A stretch of 64,000 nt of DNA, from the IMG/VR virus record IMGVR_UViG_2595698513_000001, positions 30,745-94,744 of that record. One strand, 5' to 3'. The notes below the pieces were generated by a model. That model made no database searches. It saw only the letters and a list, made by a program, of their open reading frames with translations, and was not told the DNA's origin. Numbering within the stretch: position 1 is the stretch's first letter; each line of letters begins with the position of its first letter. This DNA is from a virus. Its lineage: Duplodnaviria > Heunggongvirae > Uroviricota > Caudoviricetes > Demerecviridae. Shown here piece after piece: positions 1 through 8,585 of this stretch. The translations under genes and the position numbers were made by a program.

Positions 1-1
1 T

Positions 2-1180
2 GCTTGGGCAGGTTATCTTCCAATGGATCACGGTGACTTCTATGAGGTTGTTACCTATCTGAAGAACTATCCAGATGACCTTAACCTAGGTTGGAATATC
101 TCGGATGAGTTCGTAAGAAAACTAGAAGCTGGTAATGAAGATGCAATCGATCGTCTAGCTAAGTCTCTGCACACTAAGCTGATTACAGGTAAAGGCTACT
201 ACTTCTTCCCTGATAAGGTTAATCGCCAGTCTCCACAAATGTATAAAGATCTAGGCCTAGATGTACGTGCAAGTAACTTGTGTACTGAAATCAACCTATT
301 CAGTGACCCAGACCATACATTTACATGTGTACTAAGTTCTATGAACCTAGCACGTTATGATGAGTGGAAAGATACTGATGCAGTATTCGTAGCTACAGTA
401 TTCTTGGATTGTGTTGCTCAGGAATTTATTGAACAAGCACGAGGTATTCCAGGACTAGAGAAAGCTATTCGTTTCACCGAAAAATCTCGCGCATTAGGTC
501 TAGGTGGTTTAGGTTTCCATACTTACCTACAAGATAATATGATTGCTTTCGAGACTTTCGAAGCTCATATGAAGAACCTAGAGATCTTTACTCATATGTC
601 CAATGAAGCACTACGTGCATCTAAGTGGATGGCTGAAGTTATGGGAGAACCAGAATGGTGTAAGGGCTATGGTGTTCGTAATACCCATAGATTAGCAGTT
701 GCTCCAAATACTTCTAGTGCTCTAGTATGTGGTGGTGTATCTCAGGGTATCGAACCACTACCAGGCAACAGCTATGTACAACCAAGTGCTGCTGGTGAGT
801 TAACTCGTCTTAACCCATCATTCTTGAAATTCTGTAAAGAGAAAGGTGTAGAAGTAGACCGTGAACTTATCAAATCTATTAACGATAAGCTAGGTTCTGT
901 ACAACATTTGGATTGGTTATCAGACCATGAGAAAATGGTATTCCGTACAGCATATGAAATTGACCAGAAAGCTATTATTCGTTTAGCAGCAGCTCGTCAA
1001 CCACGTATCTGTCAAGGTCAGTCTCTAAACTTATTCTTCGATGCTGACGAAGATGAAGAATACATCCTAGAAGTACACCAAGAAGCATTTACTAACGAAA
1101 ATATTAAACAACTATACTACATGCGCACTATGGCAGGTGTTCAAGCATCTAAAGGTGAATGTGTAGCTTGTGAGGGCTAA
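2..1180 (+). CDS. nrdA: ribonucleotide reductase large subunit, class I NrdA-like, C-terminal ~390 aa (5' end outside window)
   Basis: Frame open from window start; NLCTEI active-site-like motif; C-terminal CxxC tail; no glycyl-radical RVCGY motif. Confidence 0.7.
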   Translation, partial: AWAGYLPMDHGDFYEVVTYLKNYPDDLNLGWNISDEFVRKLEAGNEDAIDRLAKSLHTKLITGKGYYFFPDKVNRQSPQMYKDLGLDVRASNLCTEINLFSDPDHTFTCVLSSMNLARYDEWKDTDAVFVATVFLDCVAQEFIEQARGIPGLEKAIRFTEKSRALGLGGLGFHTYLQDNMIAFETFEAHMKNLEIFTHMSNEALRASKWMAEVMGEPEWCKGYGVRNTHRLAVAPNTSSALVCGGVSQGIEPLPGNSYVQPSAAGELTRLNPSFLKFCKEKGVEVDRELIKSINDKLGSVQHLDWLSDHEKMVFRTAYEIDQKAIIRLAAARQPRICQGQSLNLFFDADEDEEYILEVHQEAFTNENIKQLYYMRTMAGVQASKGECVACEG

Positions 1181-1181
1181 T

Positions 1182-1655
1182 ATGAATTACATGCAGTACT
1201 ACCCAACAGACGTAGTAAATGGAGAGGGGACGCGATGCGTCCTCTTCGTGTCTGGGTGCTCACACGGTTGTAATGGCTGCTATAATGAAGCAGCCTGGAA
1301 TCCTAATAGCGGGCATGAATTTACTCAAGAACTAGAAGACCAAATTATTAAAGATTTGCAGGATACTCGTATCAAACGTAGAGGATTAACTCTATCCGGA
1401 GGAGATCCACTTCATAAACGGAATTTTGCATCGGTTTTACGCTTGTGTAAGCGAGTTAGAAAGGAATGTCCAACTAAGGATATTTGGCTTTATACCGGTT
1501 ACACACTAGAGCAAGTAAAACAGGGTCGGTTTTGTGCTATACTAGACTACATTGATGTTCTAGTAGATGGTAAGTTTGAGAAAGACTTGTATGATGCAGG
1601 TCTTAAATTCCGTGGAAGTAGCAACCAAAATATCATTTACTTAGGAGCGGCGTAA
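1182..1655 (+). CDS. nrdG: anaerobic ribonucleotide reductase activating protein (radical SAM)
   Basis: MNYMQYYP...VSGCSHGCNGCYN CxxxCxxC motif; near-collinear with E. coli NrdG as recalled. Confidence 0.85.
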   Translation: MNYMQYYPTDVVNGEGTRCVLFVSGCSHGCNGCYNEAAWNPNSGHEFTQELEDQIIKDLQDTRIKRRGLTLSGGDPLHKRNFASVLRLCKRVRKECPTKDIWLYTGYTLEQVKQGRFCAILDYIDVLVDGKFEKDLYDAGLKFRGSSNQNIIYLGAA

Positions 1656-1682
1656 GCCCTCCTTTTTTATTCGAAAATTCAT

Positions 1683-1711
1683 TTGCTTTTGTGAGCGAAT
1701 TTCCGTATAAT
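1683..1711 (+). promoter_or_regulatory. early sigma70 promoter TTGCTT-17-TATAAT
   Basis: Spacing read directly; leader ...AAATTGAAAACGGAGATTAAATATG. Confidence 0.65.
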
Positions 1712-1741
1712 TATCTCATAAATTGAAAACGGAGATTAAAT

Positions 1742-2140
1742 ATGTTTTTAGACTACGAATTTTGCGAAAATAACCAAATTCTTATTGAGAAAATGTACCA
1801 TATGGGTTCTCTATTTACTGGACGTATGGATAGCGAAGTAGACGACCTAAATCGCGATTTAGATGGTTGCCAAAATCAAATTGTCATTACTGACAAAACC
1901 AAGCAATTGGCGGATATTCTAGATGAGTGTTACGAAGATAATATGGCTAATGACGATATTCTATCCCGCCTATACTCAGCAGGTTTTAATCGTGGATGTG
2001 TATTTGAGCTATCTATCACAAACCCTAGCGGTATTGGTCGTTACCTCCTATATGTATACGTAGAATCTGAGCTAGAACTAAGAGCATACGCAGAAGACTT
2101 AGCTAACCGTGTTTGGGAGAAGAGCAATGAAAGTAATTGA
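1742..2140 (+). CDS. hypothetical early protein
   Basis: ATG after early promoter 1683-1711 and conserved leader with GGAG. Confidence 0.6.
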   Translation: MFLDYEFCENNQILIEKMYHMGSLFTGRMDSEVDDLNRDLDGCQNQIVITDKTKQLADILDECYEDNMANDDILSRLYSAGFNRGCVFELSITNPSGIGRYLLYVYVESELELRAYAEDLANRVWEKSNESN

Positions 2141-2570
2141 TAGCTTTAGAGGGGAACATGCGTTCCTCTCTAATATGTTTCCAGTGGTGATTGAGCATGA
2201 CGGCATTACTTATCCTTCTAGTGAAAACTTGTATCAAGCGTTCAAAACGCCGGAAAGACGAGAGCGAAAGTTAATTGCCAAACTTCCACCAAACCAGTCT
2301 AAGAACTACTGGAAGTTTAATGCAATCAAGACACCAAACTTCCATAAAGATAAGCTAAAGTATATGGAAATAGCTCTTCGTGCTAAATTCGAAGACCCAT
2401 ACCTAGCTGCCGCTTTAATAATGGGCACAAAAGATGCCGAACTTATTGAAGGTAACTGGTGGGGCGACGGTTTTTGGGGTGTTAGTGATAAAACTGGTCA
2501 CGGACACAACCACTTAGGCAAACTATTAATGAAGATTCGAGAGGAACTTAATGGACGCACTGAAGGATAA
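2127..2570 (+). CDS. NADAR (YbiA-like) domain protein, candidate ADP-ribose-removing enzyme
   Basis: FRGEHAFLSNMFP...ENLYQAFK and WGDGFWG motifs typical of NADAR/DUF1768; RBS GGGAGAAG. Confidence 0.65.
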   Translation: MKVIDSFRGEHAFLSNMFPVVIEHDGITYPSSENLYQAFKTPERRERKLIAKLPPNQSKNYWKFNAIKTPNFHKDKLKYMEIALRAKFEDPYLAAALIMGTKDAELIEGNWWGDGFWGVSDKTGHGHNHLGKLLMKIREELNGRTEG

Positions 2571-2778
2571 ATTAATAGAGAATCCAAAGCTTCAATGTGG
2601 TGTAGGTCTAGCATCTGCTACATCAGAAGAAATAGAAGAAATGTGTGATTGGCTAGCAGTGCGTGGTATTCCTTATGTGCACCAAACCACACATCTAAAA
2701 ACAGGTAAGCCGTTACCGAAAAATGGCTTACTTATTATCAATATTATTGGAGTAAAGAATGCTAAAAATTTACACTGA
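2551..2778 (+). CDS. hypothetical protein
   Basis: ATG overlapping upstream gene end; coding-like composition. Confidence 0.45.
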   Translation: MDALKDKLIENPKLQCGVGLASATSEEIEEMCDWLAVRGIPYVHQTTHLKTGKPLPKNGLLIINIIGVKNAKNLH

Positions 2779-3217
2779 TGGAGCATGTCGTGGCAACCCT
2801 GGGGTAGGTGCTTGGGCTTTCGCTGTTTTTGAAGGCTGGGCTAAGAAAGGTACTAAAAGTGCTGCTATGCCACACACTACAAACAATGAGGCTGAACTTA
2901 CAGCCATTGTTAAAGCGTTAGAATGGGCGATTCGTGCCAACCTAACCGAAGTAGAAATCCTAACCGACTCTAACTATGCTTGCCAAGGTTATAAGACATG
3001 GATGCATGGTTGGGTTAAGAAAGGCTGGGTAACAGCAGGTGGAACTCCAGTTAAGAATCTAGAACTTTGGAAGACATTATATAATATTTCTCAAAAAATT
3101 GATGTCACCATGACAAAAGTTAAAGGTCACTCTGGTGATGAAGGTAACGAGTTGGCAGATACCTTGTGTAACTGTGCAATAGACGAGTGGGAACTCGAAA
3201 ATGTGGTGATGAAATGA
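2759..3217 (+). CDS. rnhA: ribonuclease H
   Basis: IYTDGACRGNPGVGAWAF, TNNEAEL, LTDSNY, VKGHSGDEGNELAD RNase H motifs. Confidence 0.85.
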   Translation: MLKIYTDGACRGNPGVGAWAFAVFEGWAKKGTKSAAMPHTTNNEAELTAIVKALEWAIRANLTEVEILTDSNYACQGYKTWMHGWVKKGWVTAGGTPVKNLELWKTLYNISQKIDVTMTKVKGHSGDEGNELADTLCNCAIDEWELENVVMK

Positions 3218-3414
3218 GTAATTTTACTTGGAATATTAACTTCCTAATATTCTGGCGTTTGGCATGGCTGAGAAAGTTGCCAGAAGGCTATACAGTAACT
3301 ATGGATGGTTGGGGGCATATAGGTCGTCTATACTTCACCACTCAAACTGACCCAGTAGGCTTTTACATCAAGCCTCTAGGCAAGAAAATTAAAAACCTAA
3401 TTGCTAAAGACTAA
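3214..3414 (+). CDS. hypothetical small protein
   Basis: ATGA overlap with rnhA stop. Confidence 0.4.
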   Translation: MSNFTWNINFLIFWRLAWLRKLPEGYTVTMDGWGHIGRLYFTTQTDPVGFYIKPLGKKIKNLIAKD

Positions 3415-3429
3415 AAAACAACGTATAAT
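3401..3429 (+). promoter_or_regulatory. T5-type early promoter TTGCTA-17-TATAAT plus conserved leader
   Basis: Leader AGTTCCATAAAGTTGAGAAACGGAGATTAAAAATG. Confidence 0.7.
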
Positions 3430-3461
3430 AGTTCCATAAAGTTGAGAAACGGAGATTAAAA

Positions 3462-3695
3462 ATGATTTTACCAGAAGATATTCAACCAAAAACCCATTGC
3501 ACTGTATACACCGCGAATGTCCGTTACACTGTATACACAGCTAAAGTCCCTTTCGGTGAGTTCCAGAAGGGCGACCCTGTGTTTGTGTACAAAACAATCG
3601 AAGGTCTAGGTGACTTAAAGGTACATAAAGGTATACCTATTGATAGTGATAAAGTTCACTACTTCTTTGACCATGAACTAGTTTTGGAGCAATAA
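3462..3695 (+). CDS. hypothetical early protein
   Basis: Directly after promoter 3401-3429 plus conserved leader. Confidence 0.6.
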   Translation: MILPEDIQPKTHCTVYTANVRYTVYTAKVPFGEFQKGDPVFVYKTIEGLGDLKVHKGIPIDSDKVHYFFDHELVLEQ

Positions 3696-3698
3696 AAT

Positions 3699-3890
3699 AT
3701 GCCGAAAGCAACCCTACGACAGGAAGTAACTGTCACATTAGAAATGACAGAGCATGAAGCTTACTGGCTTAGAGCCATGACTCAAAACTACCTAGGGCGT
3801 CCAGGAGATGAGCCCAAAGAAGATAAAGAGCTTCGTGAGAAGTTTTTTAATTCCTTAAAAAACTTACTAGATCAGCCTAAGATTCGTTAA
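3699..3890 (+). CDS. hypothetical small protein
   Basis: RBS GGAG then ATG. Confidence 0.5.
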   Translation: MPKATLRQEVTVTLEMTEHEAYWLRAMTQNYLGRPGDEPKEDKELREKFFNSLKNLLDQPKIR

Positions 3891-3898
3891 AAACTTAA

Positions 3899-3927
3899 TT
3901 GCTAAAGGCTGAAAAACAACGTATAAT
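3899..3927 (+). promoter_or_regulatory. T5-type early promoter TTGCTA-17-TATAAT plus conserved leader
   Basis: Near-identical copy of the 3401 element. Confidence 0.7.
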
Positions 3928-3958
3928 AGTTCCATAAAGTTGAGAAACGGAGATTGAA

Positions 3959-4225
3959 ATGGAAAGAATGAGTAAAGAGCCTGTAGTAGCCACTGGTTTC
4001 GAAGCGGTTGTTTGTAAAACTTGGGAAGGTTGGGATGCGGTTGATACAGCCTATCTGTACTTTGAACAAGTAGTTTTAACAGCGCCATACGCAACAATGC
4101 TTGGTGTAAAAGAAATCCCGTTTGTTGAGTTCGACCTCAATAACATGGTAGTCCATTTCTTCCTCTCAGACGAAGAGGGAGCAAAACCAATTACTAAGAA
4201 GCTCCAACTTAACGTGTTAGATTAA
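3959..4225 (+). CDS. hypothetical early protein
   Basis: After promoter 3899-3927 plus conserved leader. Confidence 0.6.
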   Translation: MERMSKEPVVATGFEAVVCKTWEGWDAVDTAYLYFEQVVLTAPYATMLGVKEIPFVEFDLNNMVVHFFLSDEEGAKPITKKLQLNVLD

Positions 4226-4233
4226 AAATCTAA

Positions 4234-4262
4234 TTGCTAAACACTGAAAAATTTTATATAAT
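4234..4262 (+). promoter_or_regulatory. early promoter TTGCTA-17-TATAAT
   Basis: Variant leader ATTCGCATAGTTTGAAAAGAAGGAAAAC. Confidence 0.65.
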
Positions 4263-4293
4263 ATTCGCATAGTTTGAAAAGAAGGAAAACAAT

Positions 4294-4569
4294 ATGACAG
4301 AACAAAAAGAAATCCTAAAACCTGTAGCTGGTGACTCACTTCTAATCGGTAAATACCAGTCAGGTGTTGACCGTAAAGGTAAACCAGTTTTCCGTTCTAT
4401 GCCGAAAGGTAAAGAACAACGTTCAGAAGTGAACGCTGTCTATGAAGATGGTCGTGTTCGTTCTGCGGAAGGCGATGTTTATTCAGTACGCCTACATAAG
4501 CGCCCAACAGTCATTAAGACTAAGCAGGGTAAAAAAGCAATGCCTGCTCAGTGGATTACTGTAGCGTAA
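4294..4569 (+). CDS. hypothetical early protein
   Basis: After promoter 4234-4262; RBS GAAGGAAAA. Confidence 0.6.
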   Translation: MTEQKEILKPVAGDSLLIGKYQSGVDRKGKPVFRSMPKGKEQRSEVNAVYEDGRVRSAEGDVYSVRLHKRPTVIKTKQGKKAMPAQWITVA

Positions 4570-4736
4570 TGGCTAAAGTACTTGTAGATGAGTCCCTATT
4601 ATGGGACTTACTTCACTCAAATATACTATTAATTCACCTAGAAAATGAAGGTGTAGATAATTGGTCTGGATACAACCATCCTGAAGACCTAGACGAACAA
4701 GCTGATAAACTATTGAAGGAAATAAAACATGGCTAA
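4569..4736 (+). CDS. hypothetical small protein
   Basis: TAATG overlap coupling. Confidence 0.4.
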   Translation: MAKVLVDESLLWDLLHSNILLIHLENEGVDNWSGYNHPEDLDEQADKLLKEIKHG

Positions 4737-4992
4737 GAATCTAACTACTGCTCAAAAACAAGCTCGTCGTTCTCACAAAGTAGCACAGACTGCTAAAAAT
4801 AAAGCAGCTCGTCGTGCCCGCCACGCTAAGCTACATCCTAATGATGAGCAAGTAGCAAAAGGCAAGCTTACTGAGCGCAAAGCACCTCGCGTGAAAGGTA
4901 ACTTCCGCAAAGTGAACAAGGCTTACCGTGATGATGCAGGTCACGTACTACCTGCTCCACGTTTCGCACCGCTACCTAAAGCGGAGAAATAA
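4729..4992 (+). CDS. highly basic small protein (possible nucleic-acid binding)
   Basis: K/R-rich 87 aa; ATGG overlap. Confidence 0.5.
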   Translation: MAKNLTTAQKQARRSHKVAQTAKNKAARRARHAKLHPNDEQVAKGKLTERKAPRVKGNFRKVNKAYRDDAGHVLPAPRFAPLPKAEK

Positions 4993-5189
4993 TGCGACCA
5001 CATGAGCAACGAGTGGTTGCAGAGCTCGATGAGCTAAAAACTAAGTGGAACGCTTTGTGGCAGTTCATCGACCATAATCCTGCTTTCAAGGGTATGGAAG
5101 AACAAGACCGAGACCTGTTAGTAGAACAGGCAGGTATAATGGAACAATATATGCAGATTCTAGAATCTCGCATCTCACGTTTCAAATAA
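4992..5189 (+). CDS. hypothetical small protein
   Basis: TAATG overlap. Confidence 0.45.
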   Translation: MRPHEQRVVAELDELKTKWNALWQFIDHNPAFKGMEEQDRDLLVEQAGIMEQYMQILESRISRFK

Positions 5190-5326
5190 TAAAGTAGTTG
5201 GCAGGCTTATAACAGTAAGTTAAGGTTCGACCTGACCCTGCCTACGTTTTTAGGAGACTATATGTCTAGAAAAGAAATTAACAAAAAGTGGAAACACTGG
5301 CGTCTATACCGTGATGGAGTAAAGAA

Positions 5327-5572
5327 ATGACACAACAAAATTTCGTGGCAAAACATTGCCGCACATTCAATAAAGCAACTGTCCAACGTGACAGAACCAA
5401 ATACCATCGCCCTAGCGCGCGTAGCTTGATGGATGAATGGTTTGAAGATGAAAACGACGGGTTCGAGCACCCAGGAATGGTCGAGCCAAAGGAGCTTGAG
5501 ACTCCTTCTATAAGCGATAGCGTTTATAAAAGAAGTTTCACTAACACAGGAGATAAATATGCCAGAGAATAA
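5327..5572 (+). CDS. hypothetical small protein
   Basis: ORF with ATGA coupling to a 22-aa upstream ORF. Confidence 0.4.
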   Translation: MTQQNFVAKHCRTFNKATVQRDRTKYHRPSARSLMDEWFEDENDGFEHPGMVEPKELETPSISDSVYKRSFTNTGDKYARE

Positions 5573-6317
5573 AATCGGCACAGCTTGTCCACACGCAGTA
5601 GGCGAGCCAGGAGTTGATGCAACGCAACTAATCCTTGCACATCAGCTCTATGGTAATGTAGACCCTGATTCACTAGAATTGAGTCCGGTATCACATCACC
5701 ACTTGAACTGGGTATTTGACCTAGAAACATATGCAACTAATCAGAATGCAATTGTACCTGAGCTATCAGCAGTAGCATTTGATATTCTTTCTGGTGAAGT
5801 ATTTCATGAAGCTACGTTCCACATTGATGTAGATTCTCAAGTTGCTCTGGGGCGCGAAGTTTCAGCTTCTACGTTATCATTTTGGCTAATGCAGTCAGAA
5901 GATGCTCGTCGCAAAATGTTGCTTGCTGATGCTGAATATTGTGAGAAAAATGACTTACCAGCACCTCTGCAAATTGGTGGGGCTATGGCTCAGCTAAGTC
6001 ATATTATTAAGACAGTATCAGCTACATGGGCTGAACAAACAGGTCTTAGTAAAGAACCTATGGTATGGGGTAACGGTATCACATTCGATTTAGGTAAAAC
6101 TATTTCATTATTTGAAACAGCACAAGTTCCTTTGCCTTGGCAATTCTGGGCAGAGCGTGATGCACGTACATTGATGGATTTAGCTCCAGGTATTAAGAAA
6201 GCATTTGGACAAGATTTCCAAGGCATTCCTCATTACGGTCTAGACGACTGTAAACACGAGCTACGTTACTTGTCTGCTACTTACATTAAAATCTGGGAAA
6301 TGAGCAAAAACGATTAA
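5559..6317 (+). CDS. DEDDh-type 3'-5' exonuclease (DnaQ-like)
   Basis: VFDLETYATN exo motif I; HYGLDDC motif III; RBS AGGAG. Confidence 0.6.
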   Translation: MPENKIGTACPHAVGEPGVDATQLILAHQLYGNVDPDSLELSPVSHHHLNWVFDLETYATNQNAIVPELSAVAFDILSGEVFHEATFHIDVDSQVALGREVSASTLSFWLMQSEDARRKMLLADAEYCEKNDLPAPLQIGGAMAQLSHIIKTVSATWAEQTGLSKEPMVWGNGITFDLGKTISLFETAQVPLPWQFWAERDARTLMDLAPGIKKAFGQDFQGIPHYGLDDCKHELRYLSATYIKIWEMSKND

Positions 6318-6324
6318 ACTTGAA

Positions 6325-6353
6325 TTGCTCAACTGCTAAAAACTCCGTATAAT
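6325..6353 (+). promoter_or_regulatory. early promoter TTGCTC-17-TATAAT
   Basis: Spacing read directly. Confidence 0.6.
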
Positions 6354-6392
6354 ATACACATATTCTGAAGAAAACAAAAGAAGGAAATAGAA

Positions 6393-6587
6393 ATGGCTAA
6401 ACGTTCTAAAATGATTGGTATTAAGATGGCTGACCGTACTCGTAAAATGACAGGTGAATACGGTATTAAAATGCTTGAGCAACGTCGTGCTGGTCTTGCT
6501 AAAATCCTAGGCCTGTTGGCTAAGGGTACCAACGTTTCAAACCACCCTCGTGCGGTTGAATACACGGCAGCTCAATTCGGTCTTTAA
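6393..6587 (+). CDS. hypothetical early protein
   Basis: After promoter 6325-6353. Confidence 0.55.
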   Translation: MAKRSKMIGIKMADRTRKMTGEYGIKMLEQRRAGLAKILGLLAKGTNVSNHPRAVEYTAAQFGL

Positions 6588-6638
6588 TTAGACCGATTTA
6601 AAACTCTCTTTTATTAACTAATTATAAGGATACCTAAT

Positions 6639-6875
6639 ATGAATGGTAAACAAGCAAAACTTATTCGCCGCATCGCTCGTGGTCTTACTTCTGTAGATTC
6701 TAACGAACTTGTAGAAGTAAAAGGTACTAAACGAGTACGCACAGCAGCTAACGGTGGTAAAGTAGTTACTCATACTATGGCACACGCTCAAGGTAGCTTC
6801 CGCAACATGTTGAAGGCATGTAAGTCTGACCGAGTATTCTCGTTCAATCCTGCGGAAAATGCTCACGTAGCTTAA
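6639..6875 (+). CDS. hypothetical small basic protein
   Basis: RBS TAAGGA. Confidence 0.5.
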   Translation: MNGKQAKLIRRIARGLTSVDSNELVEVKGTKRVRTAANGGKVVTHTMAHAQGSFRNMLKACKSDRVFSFNPAENAHVA

Positions 6876-6911
6876 TGTTACTAGCAGAGAGCATAAAAAT
6901 TAAAAATTGAA

Positions 6912-6940
6912 TTGCTCTCTGCTTAACTTCTTGCTATAAT
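6912..6940 (+). promoter_or_regulatory. early promoter TTGCTC-17-TATAAT (tandem upstream copy)
   Basis: No ORF for ~130 nt; second promoter at 7010. Confidence 0.5.
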
Positions 6941-7009
6941 GATTATCTACTTTGAAGAAAACCTCTTCATCAACTTTGAAAGCATTTGGTACTTAAATTA
7001 AAAATTGTC

Positions 7010-7038
7010 TTGCTAAGTGCTTTGAAACTTGATATAAT
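7010..7038 (+). promoter_or_regulatory. T5-type early promoter TTGCTA-17-TATAAT plus conserved leader
   Basis: Leader AGTTCCATAAATTGATAAGGAATTGAAGATATG. Confidence 0.65.
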
Positions 7039-7068
7039 AGTTCCATAAATTGATAAGGAATTGAAGAT

Positions 7069-7224
7069 ATGACAAAACGTGGTAAAATGCAAAAGATTGC
7101 AATGTTCTCTTTGGCTTACGGTTCTAGTGCTCCAATGGCTAGTAAGAAATCCGGTTTAGGATTACGTCGTACCAAATCATTAGCGAAACAAATTGCTGAA
7201 CGTGGATTTCGTATCAGAGACTAA
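7069..7224 (+). CDS. hypothetical 51-aa basic protein
   Basis: After promoter 7010-7038 plus conserved leader; below ORF-track cutoff. Confidence 0.45.
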   Translation: MTKRGKMQKIAMFSLAYGSSAPMASKKSGLGLRRTKSLAKQIAERGFRIRD

Positions 7225-7229
7225 ATAAT

Positions 7230-7303
7230 TGCGAGAATGGAGAAATGGCGTCTTGCGAGTTTCATAAGCTCGATAACGTGGGGTTCGAATCCCCATCTCG
7301 CAT
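7230..7303 (+). tRNA. tRNA, anticodon CAU (Met or Ile2)
   Basis: Acceptor TGCGAGA/TCTCGCA; anticodon stem CGAGT/GCTCG; loop TTCATAA; T-loop GGGGTTCGAATCCCC. Confidence 0.7.
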
Positions 7304-7312
7304 CCAAACATT

Positions 7313-7386
7313 GCGCGTGTAGCTCAGTTGGTTAGAGCATCTGACTTTTAATCAGGTGGTCGGTGGTTCGAGTCCACCTACGCGCA
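7313..7386 (+). tRNA. tRNA-Lys (UUU)
   Basis: Cloverleaf; loop CTTTTAA; T-arm GGTGGTTCGAGTCCACC; CCA follows. Confidence 0.85.
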
Positions 7387-7390
7387 CCAT

Positions 7391-7463
7391 ACACCGGAAG
7401 ACAGATGGATTGGTCGTCACCCTTTCAAGGTGGAGTTTGCGGGTTCGAGTCCCGTCCGGTGTA
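7391..7463 (+). tRNA. tRNA-Glu (UUC)
   Basis: Anticodon stem TCACC/GGTGG; loop CTTTCAA; T-arm GCGGGTTCGAGTCCCGT. Confidence 0.8.
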
Positions 7464-7472
7464 CCAAATTTC

Positions 7473-7545
7473 GGGGAATTAGCTCAGTTGGGAGAGCAGG
7501 GTCTTTGCAAGGCTCAGGTCATCGGTTCGAGTCCGATATTCTCCA
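7473..7545 (+). tRNA. tRNA-Ala (UGC)
   Basis: G3:U70; loop TTTGCAA; T-arm ATCGGTTCGAGTCCGAT. Confidence 0.85.
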
Positions 7546-7636
7546 CCACTTTCATGAAACAGGTACGCGCTAGCCTGGATTATTTCTGACATAATTAGAA
7601 ATGTTAGGGTAATTAAAAGTATGCGCACAATTTTCT

Positions 7637-7710
7637 AGAGGCTTGGCTGAGTTGGTTATAGCGACTCCTTCATGCGGAGTAAGACGGGGGTTCGAGTCCC
7701 TCAGCCTCTA
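7637..7710 (+). tRNA. tRNA, anticodon CAU (Met or Ile2)
   Basis: Anticodon stem ACTCC/GGAGT; loop TTCATGC; T-arm GGGGGTTCGAGTCCCTC. Confidence 0.75.
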
Positions 7711-7719
7711 CCAAGAACA

Positions 7720-7797
7720 ATGCGGTTGTTTGAGTCCACTATACTTGTGTGATATAAGATTAATTCTAGGAGAAAACTGACTCGACCTAGAGCCGCA
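7720..7797 (+). other. non-canonical tRNA-like element, possibly pseudo-tRNA
   Basis: Ends TGCGGTT / AGCCGCA plus CCA pair as an acceptor stem; interior lacks canonical D and T arms. Confidence 0.3.
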
Positions 7798-7805
7798 CCA
7801 AACAT

Positions 7806-7892
7806 GGTTGAATGCGACGAATTGGTAAGTCAGCGGACTGTAAATCCGTAGCCACCGAGAGGGGCATCTAGGTTCAAGTCCTAGTTCAACCA
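7806..7892 (+). tRNA. tRNA-Tyr (GUA), class II
   Basis: Loop CTGTAAA; long variable arm; T-arm CTAGGTTCAAGTCCTAG. Confidence 0.8.
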
Positions 7893-7901
7893 CCAAATTT
7901 A

Positions 7902-7974
7902 GGGGAATTAACTCAGCGGTCAGAGTGGCTGCCTGTTAAGCAGCTGGTCGTAGGTTCAAATCCTACATTCCCCG
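7902..7974 (+). tRNA. tRNA-Asn (GUU)
   Basis: Anticodon stem GCTGC/GCAGC; loop CTGTTAA. Confidence 0.85.
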
Positions 7975-7983
7975 CCAATTTAT

Positions 7984-8058
7984 GCGGCTGTGTGCGAGAT
8001 GGTTTAGGCAACCTCCCTGTCACGGAGGAGTACGTGGGTTCAAGTCCCATCGGTCGCG
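7984..8058 (+). tRNA. tRNA-Asp (GUC)
   Basis: Anticodon stem CCTCC/GGAGG; loop CTGTCAC. Confidence 0.8.
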
Positions 8059-8067
8059 CCAAATAAA

Positions 8068-8143
8068 CGGGGTGTAATGTCAGTCTGGTCAGACGGCTCG
8101 CTTTGGATGCGAGAGGTCGTAGGTTCGAATCCTACCTCCCCGA
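8068..8143 (+). tRNA. tRNA-Pro (UGG)
   Basis: Anticodon stem CTCGC/GCGAG; loop TTTGGAT; T-arm GTAGGTTCGAATCCTAC. Confidence 0.8.
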
Positions 8144-8482
8144 CCAATTTTACGAGAGACACTACTCTTTGCACTATAGGGTAGTCTGTAGAAGGGACGT
8201 GCAAATCCCGTGCAGCATTCTGTCTAGCATATGCAGAAGCGGTTAGGATCACATGTTTAGTAATGCTCCTTATATCAGCTGCGGCGGATAAGGTTGCCCC
8301 TTACTCGGTTAAGTCCAAAAACCCCTGTGGAATATGTAGAAGTGACCAGTGTGGGAACTGGCTTGTGGAGCGTATCTAAACCCTCACTTCCGAAAGAGTT
8401 ATCTTTTGACTGCTAGCAAGCCCATAGCTATAGACCGTGACGAAAGGCAGCTCACGGGGCAGTGCAAAAGATAATTTACAAT

Positions 8483-8566
8483 GCAGGAGTGGCGTAATTG
8501 GTAGCCGCGCTGGATTTAGATTCCAGTGGTCTTTGTACCGTGAGGGTTCAAGTCCCTCCTCCTGTA
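8483..8566 (+). tRNA. tRNA-Leu (UAG), class II
   Basis: Anticodon stem CTGGA/TCCAG; loop TTTAGAT; long variable arm. Confidence 0.8.
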
Positions 8567-8585
8567 CCAAACAAGGGAGAACGTT

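Noticed and set aside
2-1180. Alternative call of the first ORF as class III NrdD because it precedes nrdG
   Set aside because: The C-terminus ends ...KGECVACEG with no RxCGY glycyl-radical motif. The internal NLCTEI motif fits class I NrdA better. The true nrdD partner of nrdG is probably elsewhere.
5258-6226. Minus-strand ORFs at 5258-5581, 5524-5736 and 5999-6226
   Set aside because: Antisense to the plus-strand small genes and the exonuclease gene. No promoter or RBS.
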